64,000 nt of DNA from Thermoanaerobaculia bacterium (GTDB lineage Bacteria; Acidobacteriota; Thermoanaerobaculia; Thermoanaerobaculales; Sulfomarinibacteraceae): the NCBI GenBank assembly GCA_027061805.1, contig JAMOWA010000008.1:86-64085 (forward strand), in the 5' to 3' direction. Numbering within the stretch: position 1 is the first letter of the stretch; every line of letters starts with the position of its first letter. The notes beneath the pieces are model-generated. The model was not told where the DNA came from, did not search any database, and worked only from the letters and a program-made list of their open reading frames with translations. Positions 9,188-18,405 of the stretch are shown here, in pieces. Made by a program: the position numbers and the translations under genes.

Positions 9188-9697
9188 GTGAGGGTGCTCC
9201 TCGGCCTCGGCGGCAACACCGGGGAGGTGCGCCGGGCGTTTGCCCGCGCGCTGGGGGAGCTCGGCGCCTGGCCCGGGGTGGATCGGGTGGTGGGCGCCTC
9301 GGCACTCTACCGCACCAGGGCCGTCGGGCCGGAGCAACCGGATTTCCTGAACATGGCGGCACTGGTCGTCGTGAGCGGGAGTCTCCTGGGGTTCCTGGAG
9401 CTGTGCCAGGAGCTGGAGCGTGGGGCCGGGAGGGACCGGGGGGGCGAGAGCCGGTGGGGGCCGAGGCCGCTGGACCTGGATCTCCTGCTGGCGGAGGAGG
9501 CCGTCCATCGTGGACCCCGGCTCACGCTGCCCCACTCGCACTTCCACGAGCGTGCCTTCGCCCTGGTGCCTGCAGCGGAGCTGGTGCCCGGCTGGAGCCA
9601 CCCCCTCCTGGGCCGCACCGTGGGCGAGCTGGCCGCGGAGGCCCTCGCCCGGGACCCCGGGGCCGTCGAGCGCGCGGCCCGACCCGACCATCCGTGA
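9188..9697 (+). CDS. folK: 2-amino-4-hydroxy-6-hydroxymethyldihydropteridine diphosphokinase (HPPK)
   Basis: The C-terminal 169 codons of the 987-aa track ORF read VLLGLGGNTG ... YRTRAVGPEQPDFLN ... RPLDLDLL ... PHSHFHERAFAL. Start is GTG 9188 or 9194. Confidence 0.85.
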   Translation: MRVLLGLGGNTGEVRRAFARALGELGAWPGVDRVVGASALYRTRAVGPEQPDFLNMAALVVVSGSLLGFLELCQELERGAGRDRGGESRWGPRPLDLDLLLAEEAVHRGPRLTLPHSHFHERAFALVPAAELVPGWSHPLLGRTVGELAAEALARDPGAVERAARPDHP

Positions 9698-10348
9698 AAC
9701 GTGAAATGTGAAACGTGAAACGAATGAGGGTGGGGAGGTTAGGACGTTAGGAAGTTAGGACGTTTGGAGGTTGGGAAGTCAGGGGGCCAGAAGGTCCCTC
9801 CGCCAAACCGTGCGGAGGCGGAATGCGAGATGTGACAGTCCACCCGGACGACACCAACCCACCCGCTCGTGATTGGGATCGCGATTCTGCCCTTGACACC
9901 GACCCTGACCGTGACCGTGTCCGTGTCCGTGACCGTGTCCGTGTCCGTGACCGTGGCCCCGTCCCTGACCCCGCCACCGACACGGACACGGGCGCCGTCA
10001 AGGACGCGGACCCCGACCCTGGCAGCACCCTCGATCCTGATCCAGATCCTGATCCCGGCGTGGCCCGGGAGGGGCCGCGCCCCCTCGCCTCTGCGCCCCT
10101 GGTCCCCGTCCGGTGGGCGGCGGCCGGGTGTGGGAAAACGGTAGCGGCCGATGCCGGCCCCGACGCCGACCTTGACCGTGACCGTGTCAGGGTCCGTGAC
10201 CGTGTCCGTGACGGTGTGCAACGCTCCGCATGCCGGCTGCTGCGTTCTCCCCCTCGCCTCCGCGCCCCTGCGCCCCTGCTCTCCCGGGCGGGCGGGGGAC
10301 GCCTTCACCTCTTCACGCTTCACCTCTTCCCCGGGGGGGGGGGGGGGC
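9693..10348. repeat. Composite repeat locus B, filling the whole folK / response-regulator convergent spacer
   Basis: Left end: 7-bp array (CGTGAAA)x4 starting inside the folK stop codon, then an 8-bp array GTTAGGAC-like. Centre: 6-bp arrays and C-run blocks. Right end: junction motif ccgggcgggcgggggacgccttcac (10284-10308), then a CTTCACSN array and a G15 tract. Confidence 0.85.
10333..10347. repeat. Homopolymeric G15 tract
   Basis: Fifteen consecutive G (10333-10347), ending 1 nt from the response-regulator stop codon (10349-10351). Confidence 0.9.
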
Positions 10349-11083
10349 CTACCCCTCCGGCTCGCTGGTGAAGCGGTAGCCCACGCCGCGGACCGTGTGG
10401 AAGTGTCGCGGGTGGTGGGGGTCGTCCTCGAAGTGGCGGCGGAGGCGGTGGATGAAGGTGTCCAGGGTCCGGGTGGCCGTGTCGAAGGTGTAGCCCCAGA
10501 CCTGCTCCAGCAGCTCGCCCCGGCTCAGCACCCGCCCCTCGTTCTCTGCGAAGAACCGGACGAGCATGAGCTCCCGCTCGGTGAGGCCCACGGTGCCTGC
10601 GATGGTGGTGGCCCTCATGGCGGTGAGGTCCACGGTGTTCGTGCCGAAGCGGATCACGGGCCCGGACCGTGAGGCGCTGCGCGACCATGCGGATCGGCGG
10701 AGGATGCCGCGGATCCTCAGGGTGAGCTCCTCCACGAGGAACGGCTTGGTGAGGTAGTCATCGGCGCCGACCCTGAGACCGAGGATCCTGTCGGCGTCGC
10801 TGCCCCGCGCCGTGAGGAAGAGCACGGGCACGTTGTCGCCGCGTTCCCGGAGGCACCGGCAGACATCGAGGCCGTCCCGGCCGGGGAGCATGATGTCCAG
10901 CACCACCAGGTCCGCCGAGCCGGGGACCGCCTGCAGCAGCTCGAGGGCGTCCTCTCCGGTGGTCACGTGGCGGATGGAGAACCCCTCCAGCTCCAGGTTC
11001 CTGATGAGGCCCCTGGCCAGGAGCTCGTCGTCCTCCACCAGGAGGAGCCGTGGTCCGGGCGTCTTGCGGTCCGTGGTGTCCAT
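10349..11083 (-). CDS. OmpR/PhoB-family response regulator (receiver + winged-helix); no adjacent kinase
   Basis: Start MDTTDRK (ATG 11083). Receiver motifs LLLVEDD and VVLDIMLPGRDG. C-terminal LTERELMLV ... TVRGVGYRF. Confidence 0.9.
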   Translation of the reverse strand: MDTTDRKTPGPRLLLVEDDELLARGLIRNLELEGFSIRHVTTGEDALELLQAVPGSADLVVLDIMLPGRDGLDVCRCLRERGDNVPVLFLTARGSDADRILGLRVGADDYLTKPFLVEELTLRIRGILRRSAWSRSASRSGPVIRFGTNTVDLTAMRATTIAGTVGLTERELMLVRFFAENEGRVLSRGELLEQVWGYTFDTATRTLDTFIHRLRRHFEDDPHHPRHFHTVRGVGYRFTSEPEG

Positions 11084-11210
11084 CGGGTGCAGGTTCCGGA
11101 ACCATGATAGCCCGGATCGCGGCCGGCGGGCTCCGGGAGGGTTGCGGCGCCGCTTCGGGATCGTGGTGATACAATTCGCCGCCCGGGACGACCGGGTGGA
11201 GGACGAGACG

Positions 11211-11738
11211 ATGAGGATTTCCAGGAAGGTGATCGGTGGTGTGGTGGCCTCCCTCCTGCTTGCGGCGGGCCCGGCCCTTGCCGGCAAGGTGGGTTTCGTG
11301 GAGGTGGAACGGGCCGTGACCACGGTCAAGGAGGGGCAGCGGGCCCTCAAGAAGCTGGAGGGCTGGGCCAGGTCAGAGCGCCACGAGGTGACCCGGATCC
11401 AGCTGGAGGCGCAGAAGGCCATGGACCGGGTGAAGAAGGAGGCGTCCGTGGTGGACGAGGCCACCCTCAAGAAGCTCCGGGATCAGGCCATCGAGGCCCA
11501 GCGGCGGGCGCAGGACGCCACCCGCAACTTCAACCGGGACCTCGAAGAGCGGCAGACGAAGGTCATGGCCGAGCTCGCCCAGAAGATGAAGAAGGTGGTG
11601 GAGGAGTACGCCAGGGCCAACGACTTCGACGTGGTCTTCGTCTTCAAGCCGGCCACCGTCATCTACATGAAGGACTCGATCGACCTGACCGATGCGATCA
11701 TCAGGGAGTACGACCGGAGGTTCCCGGACACCCCCTGA
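11211..11738 (+). CDS. skp: OmpH/Skp-family periplasmic chaperone
   Basis: ATG 11211 with GGAGGA upstream. Signal peptide MRISRKVIGGVVASLLLAAGPALA. Charged coiled-coil body typical of Skp/OmpH. Confidence 0.8.
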   Translation: MRISRKVIGGVVASLLLAAGPALAGKVGFVEVERAVTTVKEGQRALKKLEGWARSERHEVTRIQLEAQKAMDRVKKEASVVDEATLKKLRDQAIEAQRRAQDATRNFNRDLEERQTKVMAELAQKMKKVVEEYARANDFDVVFVFKPATVIYMKDSIDLTDAIIREYDRRFPDTP

Positions 11739-11763
11739 TGGGCCGCGGAGGAGGGAACTGACC

Positions 11764-12246
11764 ATGGCAACATCAGTGCAGGAGGGAGATCCCGCGCCGG
11801 GCTTCGCCCTGCCCACGGACGACGGCCGGGAGATCCGCCTCGCCGACCTCCGGGGCCGGTGGGTTGTGGTGTTCTTCTACCCGAAGGCCATGACCCCCGG
11901 TTGTACCACCGAGGCCTGCGAGTTCGACACCGCCTACGGCGAGCTCCAGGAGATGGGGGCCGAGGTCCTTGGAATCAGCCACGACTCGCCGGAGCGGCTC
12001 CAGAGGTTCCGGGCGAAGCACGGGTTCCGCTTCCCCCTCCTGTCCGACCCGGAGCACCGGGTGACCACGGCGTGGGGGGTCTACGGGAAGAAGAAGATGG
12101 CGGGCCGGGAGTACATGGGGATCATCCGCTCCACCTTCCTGGTGGATCCCGGGGGCCGGATCGCCCGGGTGTGGTCGCCCGTGCGGGTGAAGGGTCACGT
12201 GGACCAGGTGGTGGCGGCCCTCCGGGAGCTCATGGAGGGGACGTAG
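11764..12246 (+). CDS. bcp: Thioredoxin-dependent thiol peroxidase (Bcp-type peroxiredoxin)
   Basis: 160 aa. FFYPKAMTPGCTTEAC peroxidatic-Cys motif. RBS GGAGGAGGG upstream of ATG 11764. Confidence 0.9.
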   Translation: MATSVQEGDPAPGFALPTDDGREIRLADLRGRWVVVFFYPKAMTPGCTTEACEFDTAYGELQEMGAEVLGISHDSPERLQRFRAKHGFRFPLLSDPEHRVTTAWGVYGKKKMAGREYMGIIRSTFLVDPGGRIARVWSPVRVKGHVDQVVAALRELMEGT

Positions 12247-12510
12247 GGAGCGGTCGGCGGCCCGCTCCGGCGCCTCGGAGCGTCTGGAGGAACGCGGCCA
12301 CGGCGGCGTTGAACTCCTCCGGGGCCTCCACGTTGGAGAGATGACCCACGCCGGGGATGCGGACGAGCCACGACGAGGCGAGGCAGGCGGCCATGGCCTC
12401 GGCCCGGGGCGCCCGGATCCTCCGGTCGAAGGGGAAGAGGGGTGCGGCAGGAGCACCACCGGTCTGGAGTCGTGGATCTCGTGGGCGGGCGCCGGTCTTG
12501 TGTCACACAT
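12230..12510 (-). pseudogene. C-terminal remnant of an alpha/beta-hydrolase, frameshifted and lacking its N-terminal two-thirds
   Basis: One minus frame reads ..HEIHDSRPVVLL. A second frame continues APLFPFDRRIRAPRAEAMAACLASSWLVRIPGVGHLSNVEAPEEFNAAVAAFLQTL (catalytic-His GH motif), with the stop at 12230-12232 inside the bcp 3' end. Upstream space is occupied by the opposite-strand LtaS-like gene. Confidence 0.55.
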
Positions 12511-12545
12511 GGGTTCCTCCCTGCCGGATACGGTACCCTTTCCCG

Positions 12546-15416
12546 GTGCAAGGGGCTTCTTTCGTACACCGGGTCATCGGTCCGTTCCTGGTGCTGGCGC
12601 TCCTCGCGGGAGGAGCCGGCGCGGAACCGGCGGCCTCTTCCGGGGAGTGCGCCTTCGAGCTGATCCGATCCGGGCTGCCGGAGCACCTGGGTACCGGAGA
12701 GCAGCGCCGTGTGCCCGTGGTCCTGCGGAACACCGGTACCGTCACCTGGGACTCCGGGGAGGGATTCCACCTCTCGTACCACTGGCTGGAGCCCGGGGGA
12801 TCGCCGTTGGTCTGGGACGGGCTGCGCACCACCCTGCCCCGGCCGGTGTCGCCCGGTGAGGAGGTGGAGATCCAGGCTCGCCTGAACGCTCCCACGGTGC
12901 CGGGGCGGTTCCTGCTGCAGTGGGACATGGTCCACGAGAACGTGTGCTGGTTTTCCCGGCGCATGGCGGCCCCGCCACCGGTCCGGGAGGTCGCGGTGGA
13001 GCCGTCCGTGCCCGAGCATGCGTTCTCCATCACCGTGGGGGAGCTCCCCCGTGTGGTGGTGGCCGGCCGTGTCCGCGTGGTCCGGCTGCGCGTGCGGAAT
13101 GACGGCACACTCACCTGGAGACCCGATGACCGCATCAGTGCCGCCTCCCTCTGGGTGCGTCCGGACGGCCGGGTCCTCAAGGAGGGGAAGAGGACCCGGA
13201 TCCCCTGCGAGGTGGGGCCGGGGGGGACGGTGGACGTGGAGCTGTCCATCGTGCCGCCGGTGTGGCCCGGTCTCGCCCGCCTCCAGGTGGATCTGGTCCA
13301 CGATGGGGTGGTCTGGTTCCGGAGGCAGGACCCCACTCCGGAGCCCGCAGTCCTGGTCCTGGTCCTGCCCCACCCCCTCGCCACGCCGTCCTTTCCACTG
13401 GGCCTGGCTGTCGTGCTCGGGCTGGCCGTGTGGATCGCCCGGCGACGTGGTGGTGCGGGTGGGTCGGTGTGGCGGGCACTGCTCTCGCTGTCGGACCTCC
13501 TGTGGCTGCTGGTCTCACTGGAGGTCAAGCAGGGGGCGGTGCTCCGGGCCGCAGGCTCCGTGCCCGCACCGGGCAGCAAGGCCGTGGTGCTCTCGGGTGT
13601 CGCGCTGCTGGCGTTGCTCCTCCTGTGGCTGCCGCGGCGCCTCCGCCCCTGGCTCTCCTGGGCCGTGGTGGCTGCGGGCTCCTTCGTCATCGCGGCGGAT
13701 GTGGTCTACGCCCGGTACTTCGACGACGTGATCTCCGTGGCGGTGCTCGTGGCCGGGCGCCAGGCGGGTCAGGTGGGGGACAGCATACTCTCGCTGTTGC
13801 ACAGGGAGGACCTCTGGCTCGCCGTGGACCTCCTGCCGGGACTCTGGCTGGTTCATGGCTGCTCGCGTCTCGAGGGAGCCCGTCTCCGGCTGGCCAGGGG
13901 GATCGCTGCGGTCCTGTTGTGCGTGGCCCTGGTTCCCGGCCTCCGGATGGGATGGTCGATGGCCCATGCCCGGAAGGGGAAGTTCGTCCAGACCTTCCGG
14001 AACGTCTTCGTGGTCCGGGAGGTGGGGATCCTCAACTTCCACGCCCTGGATCTCTGGAGATCGTTCCGGGCGAGGTTCCTCCGTCCTCCCCTGGGTGCCG
14101 ACGGGTACCACGAGGTGGCGCGGTGGTTCGAGGAGCGGAGGCCGCTCCGGCGGGGGACGGGCCCGTGGTCCGGCGCCGGCCGCGGCATGAACCTGCTCAT
14201 GATCCAGGTGGAGTCCATGCAGGGATGGGTCCCGGGGCTCCGGATCGGCGGGCAGGAGGTCACGCCCAACCTGGATTCCTTCGCCAGGGCCTTCCTCCGC
14301 TTCGAGCGGTGCACCGACCAGACGAGCCTCGGCCGGACCTCCGATGGTGAGCTGACGACCCAGGTGTCCCTGCTTCCGATGGAGGGTGGCGTGGCGGTCT
14401 TCTCGTACGCGGGGAATTCCTGGGTGGGCCTGGCCGATGTCCTCTCGGGGGTGGGGTACCGGACGCTGTCGGCCATTCCCTACGACTCGGCGTTCTGGAA
14501 CCGGAGGATCACGCATCCTGCATTCGGATACGCGGAGAACCTCTTCACGGCCGACTTCCGCCCCGGGGAGAGGATCGGGTGGGGCCTCAACGACCGGGAC
14601 TTCCTGCTCCAGATGGCGGACCGGCTGGCTGGCCTGCCGCGACCATTCTGTGCCTGGCTGATCACCCTGGGTCTCCACCATCCCTTCGAGGGGTTCCCCG
14701 ATCACCTCGAGGAGCTGGACGTGGGAGAGTGGGAGGGTACACCCCTCGGCAACTACATCCACTCCATGCATTTCTTCGACCGGGCCTTCGGGGACATGGT
14801 GGCCCGCCTGGGTGGTGCGGGGCTGCTGGAGAACACGGTGATCGCACTGTGGGGTGACCACGACTCGGGCCTGAAATGGTCGCCGGAGCTGGCGGCGGCC
14901 ATCGGGATCCCCAGTACCACCTCCCACTGGACGCTGGCCGACCGCGTGCCCTTCTGGGTCCACGTGCCCGGGAAGGTGGGACGGCGGATGACCCTGGCCG
15001 CGGGCCAGACGGACGTGGCGCCGACCCTGGCGGCCATCATGGGCGTGGACCCCGGGGACCTGCCGTGGCTGGGACGGAACCTCCTGGGCGAGCCCGGCCC
15101 GGGCCCCGTGGTCCGGCCTCACGGGAGCTGGCTCAGTGACCGGTTCCTCTACGTGAACCGCGGGCCGGAGCTCGAACAGGGTGAGTGCTTCGACGCGCGG
15201 ACGCTCGGGAGGGTGTCCACCGAGGCGTGCCGCGAGGGGAACGAACGGGCCCTGCTCCAGATGGACGTGGCGCGGAAGGTGTTGGTGTACGACCTTCAGG
15301 AGAGGCTGCGGCGCGACCTCGCGGGGGGGCCGCCGGCAGGGCCGATCCCGGGCGGCCCGGAACCGGAGGTGCCTGCAATGGGCTCTTGCGGGCTCTCCCG
15401 GAAGAGGGAGGACTGA
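12546..15416 (+). CDS. LtaS/sulfatase-family phosphoglycerol(-like) transferase with two N-terminal extracytoplasmic beta-sandwich-like repeats and a multi-TM segment
   Basis: GTG 12546 gives signal peptide VQGASFVHRVIGPFLVLALLAGGAGA. Two similar about 110-aa repeats (RNTGTVTWDSGEGFHLSYHW / RNDGTLTWRPDDRISAASLW). TM block. C-terminal sulfatase-like domain (LLMIQVESMQ ... GDHDSG). The start is uncertain. Confidence 0.7.
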   Translation: MQGASFVHRVIGPFLVLALLAGGAGAEPAASSGECAFELIRSGLPEHLGTGEQRRVPVVLRNTGTVTWDSGEGFHLSYHWLEPGGSPLVWDGLRTTLPRPVSPGEEVEIQARLNAPTVPGRFLLQWDMVHENVCWFSRRMAAPPPVREVAVEPSVPEHAFSITVGELPRVVVAGRVRVVRLRVRNDGTLTWRPDDRISAASLWVRPDGRVLKEGKRTRIPCEVGPGGTVDVELSIVPPVWPGLARLQVDLVHDGVVWFRRQDPTPEPAVLVLVLPHPLATPSFPLGLAVVLGLAVWIARRRGGAGGSVWRALLSLSDLLWLLVSLEVKQGAVLRAAGSVPAPGSKAVVLSGVALLALLLLWLPRRLRPWLSWAVVAAGSFVIAADVVYARYFDDVISVAVLVAGRQAGQVGDSILSLLHREDLWLAVDLLPGLWLVHGCSRLEGARLRLARGIAAVLLCVALVPGLRMGWSMAHARKGKFVQTFRNVFVVREVGILNFHALDLWRSFRARFLRPPLGADGYHEVARWFEERRPLRRGTGPWSGAGRGMNLLMIQVESMQGWVPGLRIGGQEVTPNLDSFARAFLRFERCTDQTSLGRTSDGELTTQVSLLPMEGGVAVFSYAGNSWVGLADVLSGVGYRTLSAIPYDSAFWNRRITHPAFGYAENLFTADFRPGERIGWGLNDRDFLLQMADRLAGLPRPFCAWLITLGLHHPFEGFPDHLEELDVGEWEGTPLGNYIHSMHFFDRAFGDMVARLGGAGLLENTVIALWGDHDSGLKWSPELAAAIGIPSTTSHWTLADRVPFWVHVPGKVGRRMTLAAGQTDVAPTLAAIMGVDPGDLPWLGRNLLGEPGPGPVVRPHGSWLSDRFLYVNRGPELEQGECFDARTLGRVSTEACREGNERALLQMDVARKVLVYDLQERLRRDLAGGPPAGPIPGGPEPEVPAMGSCGLSRKRED

Positions 15417-15417
15417 A

Positions 15418-15558
15418 ATGAGTGCCGGCCGACCATTGCCGGGATCCTTCAGTGTGGACCTGGTGGCCGGAGACTGGATCCGGGTTGCCGTCACCATGGT
15501 GACCTCCATCGGGACCCTGATGGTCCTCACGGGACTCGGGATCGGCGCCGCCGGGTGA
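15418..15558 (+). CDS. Possible small membrane protein (46 aa)
   Basis: ATG 2 nt after the LtaS-like stop, preceded by GAGGGAGGA. One predicted TM helix (VAVTMVTSIGTLMVLTGLGIGAA). Mostly G/C at third codon positions. No recognisable family. Confidence 0.3.
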   Translation: MSAGRPLPGSFSVDLVAGDWIRVAVTMVTSIGTLMVLTGLGIGAAG

Positions 15559-15606
15559 CGCCACGGGGGCCGGATCGCGGGTCTGGGATCCGCCAGGCCG
15601 TTCTCC

Positions 15607-15635
15607 TTGACGGGGGAGGGTGCCGGGCCTAGGAT
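15607..15635 (+). promoter_or_regulatory. Candidate sigma70 promoter of recA
   Basis: TTGACG (15607-15612), 17-bp spacer, TAGGAT (15630-15635), 45 bp upstream of the recA ATG. Confidence 0.45.
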
Positions 15636-15679
15636 GGGAGAGCCCACCACGCTGCGGATCTCGCAGAAGGAGAGAACTC

Positions 15680-16708
<1,029 letters not shown>

Positions 16709-17110
16709 CGGCGGGTCCGGCCGCGGAACCCGACGCCGCCACCGTCGCGGACACGGGCGCGGACAGGGTCGGGGGAGCTGAGGCGCAGGGGAGCAGGGGC
16801 GCAGGGGCGAAGGGGGGCATCGGCACGGACACGGTCACGGACACGGTCACGGTCGCGGACGCGGTCACGGACCCCGACCCTGACGCTGATCCCCGCCCTG
16901 TCCCGGACCCCGACGCGGCCGCCGTTCGCCGACGCCGACGCTGCCGCTGCCGCGGTCACTGGCACTGTCACGGACAGGGGTGCAGACACGGACACGGATA
17001 CAGGTACCGTCGCGGGAGCAGGGGAGCAGGGGAGCAGGGGAGCAGGGGAGCGGGGGCGAGGGGGAGCATCGGCACGGTCACGGTCACGGATACAGGGGAG
17101 GTCCCCGACG
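16709..17110. repeat. Composite repeat locus C (two tandem units of G-run block + CATCGG + 6-bp array)
   Basis: G-run blocks at 16771-16817 and 17014-17064 (GGGGAGCA x4-5), each followed by catcggcacggacacggtcacgg-type hexamer arrays. Lies between the recA stop and the dsbA-like start. Confidence 0.85.
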
Positions 17111-17205
17111 CCGTGCCCGGTCGCTGTCCTCCGCCGCCCGCGATCTCCGGGCCCGGTCTCCGGGGACGGGTACTGCTAGACTGTCCGCTGGAGGTTCGAT
17201 CGGGG

Positions 17206-18345
17206 ATGAGACTCAGCCGCTTCATTGCAGTTCTCCCGTTGCTGATGGCCACGTTCGCCGGCGCCCGGGGGGCCGGTCCGGTACCCCGGCCCGAACCGTC
17301 GCCGGTGCCGGACCAGGACCTCAAGATGCTCCGGTTCATCGAGAGGGCGCTTCCCTGGTACCCGGACTCCACCTTCGCGATCGTGGGTGACGACCGGTAC
17401 CAGACACCCTCGGGTGCGTACCGTGTGATCAACGTCAGGCGGGAGTGCGACAGCCGCTTCCTCAGCGGAATCACCACCTGGGTGGTGGACGAGGCGGCCA
17501 GGGTGGTCTGGCAGGGCGCCGTGGGCAGCCTGCCCGGCGAGAAGGTGGCCGCATCGGGGAGCCTGGAGGCGTTCCTCAAGGACTTCCTGCCGCCGGCGCT
17601 GCTCCGGGCCATGCGGTTGAAGACCACGGTGGTGTGGGACGCCGGGAGTGATCCCACGGGGGCGCTCATACCGTTCGGGCTGGAGGTCCGGACGGGGTAC
17701 GGGACCTACCGCATGCCGGCCGCCGTGACCTCGGATGGCGCACGGATGGTGCTGGGGCCCACCCTTCCCCTCGATCAGGACCCCGTGGAGTGGCGGCGCG
17801 CGCTGCTCGCAAGGAGCGACCTGGTGATGTGGGACCATCCCGGTTCCCAGGCGAGGGTGACCATCGTGGAGTTCTCAGACTTCGAGTGCCCCGGATGCAA
17901 GACCAAGTGGCCCGTTGTGGCCTCGGTGCTCGAGGAGCTCTCCACGAAGGTCCGTCACGGCATGGTGAACTTCCCCCTCACCAACATTCACCCCTGGGCC
18001 TTCCGGGCGGCCTCGGCGGCCTGGTGCGTCACGCGTCAGGATCCCACGGCGCTGATTCCCCTCAAGGAGCTGTTCTACTCCATGCAGCGGGACATGGAGA
18101 CCTCCCTGGTGGGTCCCACGGCGAGGGATTTCGTGGCGGGTCGGGGCCTGGACGAGGCGGCCTTCGACGCGTGTTTCCTGGGGAAGGATTCCATTGCCGC
18201 CGTCCACCGGCAGATCGAGCTGGCCCAGCGTCTCCGTGTGGACGCGACCCCCACCTACTTCGTCAACGGCTGGAAGGTCCAGGCGCCGAAGAAGGAGTGG
18301 TTCGGCGACCTCGTCAGGCGACTGGTCTCCGGACAGGAGCCGTAG
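17206..18345 (+). CDS. DsbA-family thiol:disulfide oxidoreductase with an N-terminal extra domain
   Basis: Start MRLSRFIAVLPLLMATFAGARG (signal peptide). Thioredoxin-fold FSDFECPGCK. The upstream part of the 700-aa track ORF is repeat DNA. Confidence 0.8.
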   Translation: MRLSRFIAVLPLLMATFAGARGAGPVPRPEPSPVPDQDLKMLRFIERALPWYPDSTFAIVGDDRYQTPSGAYRVINVRRECDSRFLSGITTWVVDEAARVVWQGAVGSLPGEKVAASGSLEAFLKDFLPPALLRAMRLKTTVVWDAGSDPTGALIPFGLEVRTGYGTYRMPAAVTSDGARMVLGPTLPLDQDPVEWRRALLARSDLVMWDHPGSQARVTIVEFSDFECPGCKTKWPVVASVLEELSTKVRHGMVNFPLTNIHPWAFRAASAAWCVTRQDPTALIPLKELFYSMQRDMETSLVGPTARDFVAGRGLDEAAFDACFLGKDSIAAVHRQIELAQRLRVDATPTYFVNGWKVQAPKKEWFGDLVRRLVSGQEP

Positions 18346-18405
18346 GCCGGGACGGCAGTCCGTGCGGGCTCGTCCTGAGGGGCCGGCGGCCCGGGCCCCC
18401 ATCCC

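Noticed and set aside
6713-9697. Mirror-image about 990-aa ORFs on both strands (6713-9691 minus, 6734-9697 plus)
   Set aside because: This is a high-GC artefact. Only the PBP1A part (6713-9136, minus) and the folK part (9188-9697, plus) show protein-family motifs. The rest is low-complexity Arg/Gly/Pro.
12508-12523. TGGGTTCCTCCCTGCC as a sigma54 promoter for the LtaS-like gene
   Set aside because: It has GG-N10-GC spacing but CTGC instead of TTGC and a poor -24 half. It lies inside the hydrolase stump and has no supporting palindrome. It is too weak to call.
15181-15558. 125-aa ORF overlapping the 3' end of the LtaS-like gene
   Set aside because: Its first 79 codons overlap the well-supported LtaS-like frame and are Arg/Gly-rich. 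Only the last 46 codons, after the LtaS stop and with their own ATG and RBS, are kept as a low-confidence small ORF.
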